From the human T2T-CHM13v2.0 reference genome, Homo sapiens: a stretch of 64,000 nucleotides of DNA. The translations under genes were made by a program, and so were the position numbers. Location of the stretch: NCBI RefSeq assembly GCF_009914755.1, contig NC_060935.1. One strand, written 5' to 3'. This document shows, piece by piece, positions 42,181 to 56,169 of the stretch. Numbering within the stretch: the stretch's first letter is position 1; every line of letters starts with the position of its first letter. The notes beneath the pieces were generated by a model. The model saw nothing but the letters and a program-made list of their open reading frames with translations, ran no database searches and had not been told where the DNA came from.

Positions 42181-43309
42181 CACTTAGGGTTTTTTCCCCC
42201 CACCCTCCCTCTGAACAAATGTTTTCAGCCCCTCCTGCTAATGCTGGAGCGAGGGGGAAGTAGGGGGGCTGTCTCTGTTTCACGGGTTTGTTTTTTAAGC
42301 CGAACTGCAACGTCTGCACTCCTTTTTCCTTCCTTTTGTGGGCAGCTGAGGGCCGAGGCACTCCGTGCTGTCCCCACCAGCCCTTTGTCTGGCCGTCTTC
42401 AAAGTACTCAGACTTAGCTTTTCTCAGCCCAAACTTCTTAAAGCATTGTGCTTTCTATTAGGGAATACATAGAGGGAACAAGACCCGAGCTTGTCCCACC
42501 TCGAGCTCCCGGTGGAGGGAGGCCAGCCCTGAACTGCCAGGGGAGGAGCTCTAGCCAGCTGGGGAGCACTCCTGGTGGGCTCTGCCTGGGTTCCTGTCCC
42601 TATCTATCCCACCCTTGCCTTTCCTAGCTGGAGCCCACCCTGGGTCTGGTGGCTCTGGGGGTACAGAGCCCCCATCCCAGAGCCTCTCCGCTGCTCTTTA
42701 ATAAGTCTTTGCTCCAAATTCCGCACCAGGGTTGCTTGACTCCCTGGCGCTGGCATCTGCCCATAATAAGTTGAACCAGACGGTCCCACAGGCAAATGGC
42801 TGATTGAATCAAACCCATTCCTCTGCAGAGGGTCTAGAAGAGGGAGGGTATGTGTGCTGGGATGGGGCTGGCGTGGGCGGCATAGCAATATCGTCAGGCA
42901 GCAATGGGGAGCCCCGTTGGACCTCGTAGACCCTTCTTCAGCATCATTAATGAAGCCAGGGGCAGGCAGAGGCTCCAGGAATATTAGTCAGGGCCCCCCT
43001 GTGGGCGGGTCTAAGGAAGGCTCATGCCCAGGACCTGCACCTGGCCGCCGGGGGCTGCAGAACTTTATTGGGATTTTTTATTAAGCTGCCTCTTCCTGCC
43101 GTCATCCCTGTCCCTATCCTGCTGTTTGTGCTCAAAAAGAGGAATTCCGAGGGCGTTTGTGAGCAGGGAGATGAGTCAGGAAGGAGTTCTTGAGTCTTCC
43201 TCTGTAGGCACTGGCTGGGACCACCCATTTCCTTTCCTCTGGAATAGAATCCAGCAGACAGACAGACTGTCCTGGGAATCTCCTCCAGGTGCAAAAGTTG
43301 TCGAAGAAA

Positions 43310-43430
43310 CTATATGAGATAATCCGTATGTTAATTAGCCAGATTTAGTCACTCCACAATGTATATATTCTTCAAAACGTCATGCTGTACATGGTAAATG
43401 CATACTTTTTTTCCTGTCAATTAAAGAAAA
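43310..43430 (+). mobile_element. L1MA 3'-terminal fragment
   Basis: tatgttaattagc...ccacaatgtatata...catgctgtacatggtaaat...gtcaattaaa. Confidence 0.6.
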
Positions 43431-43758
43431 GTTGTAGAAGGGACCCCAAAAGTCTAAGAACTGAAGGTGGCCCTTAGAGTTGGGGAGGGGAGTCATTCAG
43501 CCTCTGAACACCTCCAGGGTGGGAAGCTCACTACCATCAAAGCTTTCATATGGAGAAGGGTCGTCCTTACACAGAGTCTGTATGCTCTTCCCTATACCCC
43601 ACCCATACAGTCTCCCTCTGCTCATGACACCCATTCAGCTAATAATAGTAACAACCATAATAACACCTAACGTGAAGTGAGGATCTACTACGTGCCAGAC
43701 GCTGTTCTAGGTACTTTAATGCATTATCCCATGTAGTCTTCCTCATGTCTCTGTGGGA

Positions 43759-44081
43759 TTTTTTTTTTTTTTTTTTTGAGATGTAGTCTGGCTGTGTCAC
43801 CCAGGCTGGAGTGTAGTGGCACAATCTTAGCTCACTTGCAAGCAAGCTCTGCCTCCCAGGTTCATGTCATTCTCCTGCCTCAGCCTCATGAGTATCTGGG
43901 ACTACAGGGGCCCGGCACTATGTCCGGCTTTTCTTTTTTCTTTTTTTTTTTTTTTGTATTTTTAGTAGAGATGGGGTTTCACTGTCTTAGCCAGGATGGT
44001 CTCGATCTCCTGACCTTGTGATCTGCCCACCTCCACCTCCCGAAGTGCTGGGATTACAGGCGTGAGCCACCGCGCTCGGCT
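43759..44081 (-). mobile_element. AluY-type inserted into a MIR
   Basis: Antisense dimer; MIR-like sequence on both sides (43640-43757 and 44082-44220). Confidence 0.85.
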
Positions 44082-45358
44082 GGTAGGTAGGATTCTGAGG
44101 CAGAGAGATGTGAAGTAAGCTATGCAAGGTCACTGATGAAAGTAACAGAGCCAGACACCAACCCAACGTTGCTGGATACCAGTGCCCCCACATGTGACCT
44201 CTCTGCTCCACAGTCTGGAAAGCCATGGCTCTAAGACTTCTCTGCTGCGGGGAAGACAAGCTAAGAGGCTGTAGGTGCTTCTCATCTGACAGGGTCTCCC
44301 TTCCCTTTGCTGCCTTGGACCTTCCTCCTGAAGCCCAAAGTCCATAGGCGATCTGGCTGGAAGACAGCCTGTTCCTTTCCACGTTCTAGACACTATACTC
44401 TGTTAATGCAGCCTGGGTTGGTGATAAAGTTCTTGGTGAGGGGTTGCACCCCTCTACAGCACCCCCCTTACCCTCCGAGGTTCAGACTTATTGTTTTGAA
44501 AAGGAGTCCCCCAAATCACCTTCTCCAGTCCTCAGAATTTTGGCAGAATTTGGTCTGATCCTCCCCAAGCAGGTTCTCCTACACCTCCAGAATCTGCCAG
44601 GGACTCATTTGATCCCAGTGAGCTGACAGCTGGAGCCCTCCTCTGGGAGTTACCAAGAGAGGGAGGCCTCAAGTCAGAGGCCGGCGAGGCTGCACAGACC
44701 TGGCTCTTCCCTTCTGTGAAGGTGACCCATCAGGACACCAGCACCTCCTGCTGGCCGCCCTGGGGGCTGCAAGCCACCCCTTGGGTATTTGGGAGACATT
44801 CCTTCCAGTTTCTTATTTTGCAAAGAGGACTGGGGCTCAGAGACAGGAAGAGAACTGCTCAAGTTCACCCAGTCACACTAAGGGGGCCAGACCATGCCCT
44901 GTTCTCCTCTGTCCCCAGGGAAGAGCCAGGTGAGTGTCTGATCAGGGATCCGGGAAGCCAACAGTCATACTTGGCTCAGAGGACTAATGGTATCCCTCTC
45001 AGAGCCTGATTCTCTGGAAGAGACACCTACTGGCCTACTGGCCACCCCAGTCAGGCTGCCTGAAGTCCTGCAATCCTTCCATGGCCAAGTCCTGGGAGTC
45101 AGTATTGCTTAAACCCCATCCCCTGCCTCTTGGATCTTCCTAACTCAATATACTCAAGACTCTCAACAGGAATCTTTTCATCAGACAAGACAACCCAGGC
45201 TCCAGCAAGCAAATTTCTGTCCATCTGGGAATGCCACCACTGACAGGGCTTATGGGACCTGGGCAGGAGTCCCCAGTCCATGGGTCACCACTCACAGGCT
45301 CAGCAACCTTGGGCAAGTCACATCTTTATGACCATCAATTCCTTAGCCATCAATTATC

Positions 45359-45402
45359 TCTCTCTCTCTCTCTCTCTCTATAGAGAGAGAGAGAGAGAGA
45401 GA
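45359..45402. repeat. Perfect 44 bp palindrome (TC)10TA.TA(GA)10
   Basis: Self-complementary about 45380/45381 with no spacer. Confidence 0.93.
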
Positions 45403-45454
45403 TTTCTCTGTATGTAGGTCTATATATAGAGAGAGATCAAATCCTGAATCTTAA

Positions 45455-45766
<312 letters not shown>

Positions 45767-45884
45767 TGAAAAGATATATTATGAACTGGCAGGATAGAGG
45801 TTACATTTGGTAACCTGAAAGGGGGCACTGAGAAGAACTTGGGGGATATATTATAAACTGGAATACATTGATGCATATGAACTT

Positions 45885-46108
45885 TATTTTCTTTATTTCT
45901 TCTAAAAAAAAAAAACGGGATACATGTGCAGAACATGCAGGTTTGTCACACAGGCATACATGTGCCATGATGGTTTGCTGCACCTACTGATGGGTCCGCT
46001 AATTTCCCTCCCCTTAACCCCCAACCCCCAACAGGCCTTAGTGTGTATTGTTCCCCTCTCTGTGTCCATGTGTTCTCATTGTTCAACTCCCACTTATGAG
46101 TGAGAACA
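45885..46108 (-). mobile_element. Short L1PA 3' end
   Basis: gatacatgtgcagaacatgcaggtttgt...tgttcaactcccacttatgagtgagaaca. Confidence 0.85.
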
Positions 46109-48597
46109 GACGCATGTGAACTTTTAAGACAAAACCTGAATCTTAAAAATAATCTTGTAATATGGCAGACCACACTCCAACACTCTCTGATACCTCTGAT
46201 CATTGGGACCCTTCAGAGAAAAACTGTGAGACTCACATATGAAATCGCTGGTGCACAATGTCAGGGGGTCCCAATGGGATAACTAATAATAGTAGAATTT
46301 TGGGCTCCAGGCAGATGGGTTGGGGGATATTCTGGGGTCTAGGGGAGCCCTGCCAGATCACAGAGAGGCTTCTGTTTTTTCTGGAGGCAGGACCAGCTGC
46401 AAGCATCCAGCTACCAGGGGACTCATGTCTTTTCTAAGAAAAGAGAGTAGGGTGAGTAGCTTCAGGCTTGGTCTAGCAAAGCCCCGTGGCCTTTGGGTTC
46501 ATTCTTCATTGAACCCAACTGTCTTACACAGGATGACTCAGATTTTACTTCAGGAAAAATGACTTAGCTACACAGAGCTTGAGGAGCAGAGAAAGGTGGA
46601 TGGAGATGGGGATGGTCAGAGGGAGACAGGGGCAAAAAAGGAGGGGGAGGGAGAGAGAGAATGACAAGGAGGACACAGGGAAAGTCACAGAGGAGAGACA
46701 GAGAATATTGCCAGGGAGAGGGCTTTTCAATGGGCAAGGCTGGACATCAAAGCCACCAGCATAGGGCATCAGAGTCCCTTTCATGTGTCATCCAAGGCAG
46801 GGGAGGGAGGGGAGGACAGCTTTGATGGTTCTTGCAGTCCCAACTAGGCCATGCCTTGGGAGCCAGAACAGGCTGCACTGCACATGCTACCTTCAGGTCC
46901 TGCTTCTCAGAGCCTCTCCTAGCTGGTGCTTCAGCCCTAGAGAAAGAGGGCTTCCAGTTTTTGCCTGCCTGCCAGTTGGAGCACTGCCGTGAGGCCTCAG
47001 CTAGGCTCTGGTCCCAGTTACCACTTCCCATACTCACAGCCCCTCTCCTCAAGCAATAGGGTGAGGAGGGAAGGAGAATACAAGGTGGGTGGGGAGGAAT
47101 ACAGTGCTGGGTGTGGAGAGGACAGCCACTACTAATCTGCAGCGCAAGGCCCTCCCTTCTGGCCCTCAGGTGAGACAAGTGCATGATCTGCTAATATTCT
47201 CTTGAGAGGAAAACCAGAATATTGGCTATTAAACTCTCAAAGGCAGGGCCAGGGCCCCATCAGAAGTTGAAGGAAAAGGTCCTGCCCCTTTCTCTGAGTG
47301 CCACCATACCTATTTTCCCCAGGTCTAATATATGCTCAACTCCAGTGGATGGAGGCATAAGCATTTCTAATGAAGGCTTCAACTAGGCACCCATAAAATC
47401 CATACAGGAAGTTGGAAAGACCAGGGCGTGAGTTTATACAGCCAAAGTTTCCTCGTACCGCAACAAGGCATACACAACTTTACCTTTAGAGTCCTTTGTA
47501 GGGTGTATTAATAAAGAAGCTCTGAGCTGCAAGTAACAGAAACCCCAGATTCAAGGGGACTTAAACAATGCAGTCATCTGGAGGTAGGGTGGGCCCCAAG
47601 TGTATACCACCAGCAGTTTAATGAAGCCATTGAGGACATAGATTTTTCCATTCCTCCATTCCGCCTTCCTTGGTGCCATCTTCGTCTTAAGACTGGTCTC
47701 CTTTATGGTCATGATGGCTAGCAGTGACAAAAAGAACCACCTCTTTCCTTATTCACATATAGAAAGATAGGAAACCTCTCATCCTGTCATGGGATATTAG
47801 TCCTTAGTCTGATAAGAACAATTTGGATACCTACACACCCTAGACCATTAATAGGGTCCAGGTACACTTCTTTGTTTTGGACTAATCATCTGTGGACTGG
47901 AGCTTCAAAGTCCCCTAAATGTCCACTACAGAGGGTGTCTCAGGTAGATGCTGTCTTGTTCCTGTGAGTGAGGAAGGCGCTCATGCTTTGGCTCTAGTTC
48001 AACCTCTAAACCAGACGTGGATGCATTGCTTCCTCCTAGATTTACCTAACAGAAATTCACAAAATTCACAAAATTCAAAGCTAATTATTACCAGAGGAAT
48101 ACATATTCCTCCTGGTTACCTGATTTTAATTTCTCTCCAATAATTATTACCTGGAATTATTATGCCAAAGTAAGTGTTTACCTCATTTCTCAACCTGTTT
48201 TTATTGTAGAGGGACCTTCCACTAACAGAAAATGCCCCATATGAGCCATTTGGGATATTGGCATCATTCTCAATTCCTTTCTCAATGAGCCCCAAATACC
48301 CTGGTGGTGGGGGGCTGAGGAGGTAACCACAGTTCACTTCATTTCATCAGAAATTATTTGCCCAGTGTGAACACCTTTTCTTTGGCCATTTTATTCTCTG
48401 TGCTTGAAGATGCCTTGGGAGCAGAGAGTGGATAAAACTCAAAGCAGGCCTAGGACGCAATGACTGGATGGAAGAACTTGCCTTCTCTATCCCCAAGAGG
48501 GTTCTAGTACTTACTGAATGGAGAGAAAAACAAAAAAGTCTGGCAAAGGCTCATGAAGAGCAAGTCATGAAAAACTCATTCCTCATCTGTACAATAG

Positions 48598-48907
<310 letters not shown>

Positions 48908-51900
48908 ATGATTCACTCTTTATGTCACTGCAGAGTGATTTCCCAAAAAGTTCAGGCCTTATTGTGCCTTTGTTCCACTTACAAAGTTTTGACATTTCCT
49001 GGTTGCCTCCAGGGCAAAGGTCTATCTCCCTGGCCTGGCACGAGAGCCCCTTCCAGCAGGCTTGCTGCTTTCCTCCAAGGCCTCTGCGTTCTGGGTTGCA
49101 GGTGCATTGAGTGCTTGGTCACCCTCCAACTAAGCCCCACTGTCTCCCACTTCTGTGCCTTTACCTGCTGCCGGGCATACTCATCCTTCCACGTTTGATA
49201 GTTCAAGTGTCCTTCCCTCTGAAACCTTCCCTTCTCCCAGGCAAAGTTAGTCACCTTCTCTTCCTTCTTTCTGAAACCTCTGTTCAGAGCTCTGACATGA
49301 CGCCAATCACACTGAGTTATGACTTTTTAACAGGCTGGCTCCTGACTCCCCTCCTTTCTGTGAGATTTCTTGAGGGCAGGGGCTTTGGTTCATTTGTCTT
49401 TTCACCTTTCTTGCCTTATACTACATTACACACTCGACATACCTTGGATAGACAGAAATCTGGATGGAAGGAAGAATGGCAAGAAGGATGGATGGACGGA
49501 TGCGTTGATGGATGAATTAAATCAACATCACTTTTTTTTCTGCCTAGGTCACTAGACTGCTCTCAGGGATGCTTTTCAGTGTCTGGATTCTTGGTAAGTT
49601 CCTTCATAACCTCATCCACGCTTGTGATGGAAAACTGCATCTGACGTGATATTACTCAGCTGTTTGAAGAATCACTCCCAAAAGAACACCAAATAATGGT
49701 AGTATGATAGGAAGTACTGCATGGCCAGCCACAGGGTTTTGCCCCAGGCCATATCATGCTCAATTTTTAGCCAAGAGAGTGGTCACCTCCACTTGCAATG
49801 AGCATTATTACCCCTTGGCAGAGGTGTGTTTCAAAACATCACACCATTTTGCTAGACTCTGCCACCTGCTGAACCTTTCTGGTCTATCGGACCTCAAAGT
49901 CCTCCCCAATAAACAGTGCTCTTTAACCCTAGTTCTATTCCCTGTGCCCCAGGACACAGACCATCCAATATCTCCATCAACTTTACTCCCTTTACCCATA
50001 GACCACTTCACTACTTCCAATAAGCCCCCTCACCTCCCAGCACATCTGGCTGCCTGCTCCTCCCTGAGCACCCCTAGCACTGCTAGGTCTTACATTTGCT
50101 TTTGTCTCAGCCTGAAGTGTCCTTTCTCTGTATCTCCATGCAGATAAATCCTAGCCCCAGCTCCAATAAGCCCGTTTTGCTCCCTGGGCCCCAGCCTGAG
50201 CCACCAAAAGCATTCTTCCTTGATACTCCTGCTTCACAGCAGGTCACTGTGCCCTTACAGAGGTAGGGCTTTGCTAAGTGAGAGCCAGTAAGGTTACCTA
50301 TGGTACCCACAGGAAAATACATTTTCCAAGTGTCCATAAGATTCACAACTTAGAAAACAGCAGTGGACATGTGTGCTATGCCCGGCTCATAACGCGAGCT
50401 CTCTATTGCCTACTACATAAAGGCTTAAACTCTTCTGCTCAGCTTCCAATTCCCTGTCCCCCACTTCCATTCTAGGCACACTCCACTTCCCAGTGTCCCT
50501 TCTTCTGTTTTGACAAGTCAAGATTACAGGCTTCCCTCTGTACCTGTAAGGCCGTCCCTCATATTTCTAGCTAGTCTTTCTGTAAGAAGCAGCTCAGTAC
50601 TTGCCTCTTCTCAGATATTTTCTGCCACGTGGGCCATCTCCTCTTCAGAATTCTCACAACACAATATCCATGCATCCACTCTCACCATGTATTGCTTCTA
50701 TTAGTGGTCTACACTAAGGTACAGAGCAGGCACCCTGTCCCAAGAGGAAGGAGAGCTGATTCCTCTTCTGTCCTCTGCATGATCTAACTACATTACAATA
50801 TATTTTATGTCCTTCCCTGTAAACTGGGACTCTTAACCTGTGTACTCCCAGGGAGACTGGGAGACAAAATATAGCAATGGGAGTTATAGGGCTTTAATAA
50901 GCAGAAACATTTCTATAATGGGTTGTTGTCTTTGGCCCCACTGGGTGGGTAAGTTCCTAGAGGGTAGAAACCTGTAACCGCTAATATAAAAACGTAGATT
51001 GCCCACTAAAAGCAAGGGGCCCTTGATATTCTGCCTCTAAGGTCTCTTCAGGCCCAAGGGCATTATTTTGCTGGACAAAGGTCTACTGGTCAGTGGTGGG
51101 GAAAGGTGGAAGTGTGCATTCTAACAGGGAATAAAGACAACCAGAAGTATAATGGGGATCTGGTCCCTACCCAGATGGGATCAGGAGCCCAGAATCTGCA
51201 TCTATCTTGGGACTCTGGAACCTGTGCCCCTTCCTTTATATGAAGTCTTTATCCTGGCCTAAATGTTTCTCTGCAAAGATCAGAAAGCAAAGCTTGAAGG
51301 TGTACAAGACTAGGAGAGTGTCTGAAGGGGAGTGAAGAATATGGTGTCCCATTCTTCAAAGCACTGCTGGTGTTGAGGGTCACCAGAGACAAACTCAGTG
51401 ATGGAAGGCAGAGTCTATTCCTGCTTGGCCCAGGGATCACATTGGGAAGGCCTTGGGGTCCCCAACAAAATAGATCATGCCACTTTTTTGCTCTATATTA
51501 CCCCTTTGACAAAGCTTGGCTGTGAGCTAAACATTGGGGTCCATCTACTGCACACCACCAATCTACAGCCCCCTACCAAAGGTGGGGTTGGGAAGAAAGC
51601 ATGCAGAAACAGTCCACACCAAATGTCCCATGGAATGGGACTCACAGTTTCCAAGAATGTGGGAGAGGGATGAACCTCAAAGATTACGTTGCACAGCCCC
51701 ATGCTGCATAGAGAGAGAGCAGAGCTAAATGGAGTCCAGAGCCTAGGTTAGAGGCCCTATGCTAAAGAAAAAAGATGAGAGCATCCAACCCCCTATGGGA
51801 TTTAAAATAAAAATATCTAAACTGCAAAATAAAGTTATGTTTTTGAAATGAAACAAACCTTTATATATAACATATATATGACAAACATATATATATGCTG

Positions 51901-53190
51901 AAATTTTTAAAGTGCTCCTTTTTTGATAGCCTGAGTTTTTAATTTGGTTTTTCCACTTTGCTTGTCCCAGGCAGGGGGCAGAGGGGAAGAAGACAATTAA
52001 GGATAATGTCAGCATCATTTTCTGGAGTCTGAGGCACCTGGGCGGAGGCCCCCTTTGAAGAGCTGAGCTGCTTCTGGAGGTAATGAGTGCTGGTTTTCCA
52101 GGGAAAGGCCACGCCGTATTTGTTGGGCGTGCTTTCCACCACCTCTTCCACTCTGTGTATCTGCTGATGAGCCCAAGGGGCTCCATCTTGGAAACTCCAG
52201 GACCACAAAGAGCTCCAATGAGTCCTGAGAGCCTGCCCTGGTTCTCCTTCCTGTAGGACATGCTCACGTTTTGGACTTGGTGGGGGAAGTTTTGCAGTTT
52301 TGCAGCATGACGGCCCTAGAAGGGGTGGTGCCCACCATTCAAACCTGGTTTTCTCTTTCCCCTTCTCAACATTTCTCCATCCAACCCCCACAACCTGCAC
52401 GCATCCTGCCTCCGGCTGCTTTAGGCTCAGCCTTCCAGAACTTACCAGGATGTCTTCCTGGAGGGAGAAGAGCCTCTGATGCTTCCCTTGCCTCCCTTCC
52501 CAGCCTGGGGAGGCTTCTTTGGGGAGCCACTGCTGGAGGTGGGGGTGGGTGGGAGGACAAGAGCAGGCCCCTCTCAGGTGGGAAATGTTTTGTAATTAGC
52601 CTTAATGAGGAGGGAAGGGTAGTCTATTTCATTGCAGGGAAATGGGATTTTTAAATCATTTTAAGGGCTGCCTCAGCTCTAAAATGGCCGTAGTGGGGCC
52701 TCAGAGGGGCTGGTAATTAGCTCTCTTGTCTCTAATGAAAGCAGAGGGACAGGATGAGGGGTCATCTAATAAGCACGGGGATTAGCTTCCAGATAGGCCC
52801 TAAATAAGAAGGCAGGTGCAGGGGAGGGTGAAGGAGAGGTTTGGGCCAGCAGAGCCCCCGGCTGAGGGGCAGCAGCCCACGGGAACTCAGAGAAGGGGGT
52901 GCCCACCCCAACCGTACTTTGTGCAAAGTCACCCTCACTCCTTCACTGTGAGAGAGGCTAGGAATGGATGGTGGCCTGATGTGCCTGGACCAGGAGCAAG
53001 GGGCCCTACCATCACCTTGACTGATTTCAGGAACCCATAGACCTGAAAGCCCAGGTGAAGCAGGGAGGGGAGTCTACAGGACCCAGACAAAACAACCTTT
53101 CCCTCAGGGGGTGCCTAATGGGCATGTCATTGGCAGCAGACAGGAGCCACCACACCTCGGCCTGTGATGCACAGCTAAGAGAAACCCACC

Positions 53191-53347
53191 TGCCTCGGCC
53201 CAGCTCTCCCTGCCTTGGCCCACCTCTCCCTGCCTCGGCCCAGCTCTCCCTGCCTCGGCACACCTCTCCCTGCCTCGGCCCACCTCTCCCTGCCTCGGCC
53301 CAGCTCTCCCTGCCTCGGCACACCTCTCCCTGCCTCGGCCCACCTCT
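53191..53347. repeat. 20 bp minisatellite tgcctcggc(c/a)ca(g/c)ctctccc, ~8 copies
   Basis: Read directly; units 3-5 recur as units 6-8. Confidence 0.95.
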
Positions 53348-54567
53348 GGACCCCAGGAGCCAGGAAGGTCCAACAGAGGCCCCAGAGGTGAGCCTCAGCT
53401 CAGAGCTCCTCCCCCATCAGAACTAACCAGCCGGGCTGAAAGAGGCAACGGCCGGAGAAAAGGAACAGGAGAGCTGGTCCTGCCAGTTCCTGGCGTCCTG
53501 CGGCCCTTTGGGCATTGCACATTCCTGCTTTTACAGTGAATTGTTTTTTCCCCAGAACACTACTCGTGCTGAGTCTGCAGAGAATCCTGCCTTCTTAATG
53601 CATACGCTATACAGGGCAGTCACTCCAAGTGTCTGGAACAATCCCACTGGAATCCCCAGAAGCCATGGATCTAGTCAATGTGTCCCAAGTTGGTGGCATT
53701 ATGGGGCAGGCAGACTGGTGGTGGAAGCCAAGAACCCAAACCCAGTTTCTTGGCATTTTAAGGAGTAATGTTTCTTATTAAGTGGCAAACAAAGGAAGAG
53801 AAGCACTGAGCAGGTGTCAGGGCTGAGTGGAGTTTCCTTTCCTCCACCCACTGTGTGCCCCAGGAGGATCCTTGGCTGGAACGCAAGTCACAGGATGTAG
53901 CACACAGAGCCCTGGGCCAGGCTGAGGGCCAGGAACCCAGACTCCCAACCCAGGCTGGTTCCAGTGTGCCCCTGGCCATCACTTCCTCTCCGGGCCCCAG
54001 TTTCCCCATAGTGAGCCCATCGGATAAGATGGTCTCTAAGGGTGGTGGGCAAGAAACTCTCATCCCTGCCCACTCTCTCTGAGTAGACTTCCCTCCAGCT
54101 TCTCCCTGCCACCCGGCACTGTCTTTAGCCTGTTATTGATCTTTTTATTTGTTTATTGTCTGTCTCCCTCACTAGACTGTAAACCACACAGAGAATGACC
54201 TTGTTCACTGGTGTTTCCATCCCGTAGCCTGCTTCCAGCACCGTGCCTGGCATATAGCGTGGTCATGTCTGGGACGGACTGACAGAGTAAGGATGCACTG
54301 GGGCCTGCCCCACTGATAAACCTCCAGTTCAGGCATGGGACAGGCTGCCTGCACCGCCTCTGGTCGGCACCTGGAATTGCTCGTCCCACCCAGCAGCCAG
54401 CACAGGCCAGGCCCGGTGACATGGTCATGCAGGATGTGCAGTGAGGAACGTTAAGTGTCCGAGGACCCTTCCCCTCTGTGGATCAAGCCCTCGCTAGGGC
54501 ATGAGTTGTAGAGAGAAAAAGGGGTGCAGACTGGGAGAGGATCTGGGGGTTTAGTGAGGATAAAATC

Positions 54568-56169
54568 TTGCCTTTGCCAAGAGAGTCTGGGCCCCTCAGA
54601 GGTTCCAGAGCCCGTTGGCTGCCTGTGGCACCTGGGCTGGGGTCTGCGCTTCCATGGTCCCCATGCCCTCTCCAGGACACCACATTCCAGAGAGGAGCTG
54701 GTTCAGGGGCTCCTGCCTGGGGCTCTCTTTGCAGACTCTTACCTCCTGGATCTGCTCTGGAAGCACTCCCAGATCCTTCCACTGCCCAGAGCAGCCTCTA
54801 GGTGGCAGTTTCACATGGGAGTTACCTGCATGGACTCCAGTCAGACCAGGCCGAATTCAAGTCCAGATGCTATTGAATATTACTTAACTAGAACGGTTCT
54901 TTGAGCCTCAGTTTCTTCAACTGTAAAATGGGGATGATTCAACTGTAAAATGGAGATAGAATTGCGTAGAGGCTTAAGCGGGTTGGGCATGTTTTTATGA
55001 AAGCTTGCCTTGTTTGTCTGGGCTGGATTTCCCCCGTTGGTGCCAGCACGCAGCGCCCCTCTCCTGAGAGCTCTCAGATGCCCAGGAACCGCCTGTGGTG
55101 GTGACGCAGGACTCTGCTGCGGTGAGCCAGGCCTCCTGCCCTGGAATTGAGCACAGGCCTCAAACCAGCAGACCTAGCGCAGGTTGTATGAAGTGAAGGT
55201 TCCCAGCAGCAGTTGCGTGTTCTGGTGTTCGCCAGGAGCTGCTGCAGCTGTGAGCACCTCCCATGTGATGGCTCATCGACTGCTGGGAGCAGCCTGAGGT
55301 GCAGGCACTATCATCAGTCCCCTCTACAGATGAGGAAAGTCCTCATCTCTAAGATGAAAACTAAGTAAGCTGCCCTGGGCTGTGTAGCTGCCAAGTGGAG
55401 AGCTAGGATCTGAACTCACATAATCTGGCTCCTGGGCCTGTACACGAAACCATCATGCCACGCTGCCCTTTCCACCACGCTGCCCTCACCTCACGCCTTC
55501 CCTAAGTTAGAAACTTCTTCTGGGATGCTTTTCCCATTCCCTCCCTCTCTCTCCTCTCCTGCCCTCTGCCTCATTTCTTTCCATCTCCACCTCTCTGTTT
55601 CCATCTTTCTCTCCCTCCACCGCACCACCTCCTATTCACTCTCATTTCTTCCTCTGTCCCTCTGTGTCTCAGTGCTCTGTCTCTGATCCCTGATCCCACC
55701 CAGTACCTGGCAGATGGGCCGGGGGCTCAGGGATCAGGGTGGCAGCTAGAGAAAGGGAGCCTGAGTAATCATGAGGAGCCCTCTGGCCCCTTGTCAGGAG
55801 AGCCCTTCAGTTCCCCCAGTGCAGCAGGCAGACCCGTTAGAACAACAAACGTGGCCCAGGAACCGCCTCAGTTCCCTAGCACCTTCCAGCTCTGGAAGAC
55901 AAAACTGGACTTGCCAGAACTTCAGGAAACCCCAGAGCTCTCCCCCACCCCCACCCCAACGGGCTTCACTGTGCTTCCAGAGCAGATCCAGGAGGCAAGA
56001 GTCTGCAAAGAAAGCCCCAGGCAGGAGCTCCTGAACTAGCTCCTCTCTGGAATGTGGTGTCCTGGAGAGGGCATGGGGACCATGGAAGCGCAGACCCCAG
56101 CCCAGGTGCCACAGGCAGCCAGTGGGCTCTGGAACCTCTGACGGGCCCAGACTTTCTTGGCAAAGGCAA
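54568..56169. repeat. Inverted repeat IR3: arms 54568-54766 and 55971-56169
   Basis: Hand alignment: 199 nt, ungapped, 8 mismatches (~96%); visible as matching peptides in ORFs 54524..54904(+) and 55794..56348(-). Confidence 0.97.
54795..54809 (+). promoter_or_regulatory. CTCF core motif (candidate) inside the IR3 spacer
   Basis: CCTCTAGGTGGCAGT. Confidence 0.5.

Noticed and set aside
53191-53347. Regular repeat array as CRISPR-like
   Set aside because: Contiguous tandem units without unique spacers, in a primate genome; it is a minisatellite
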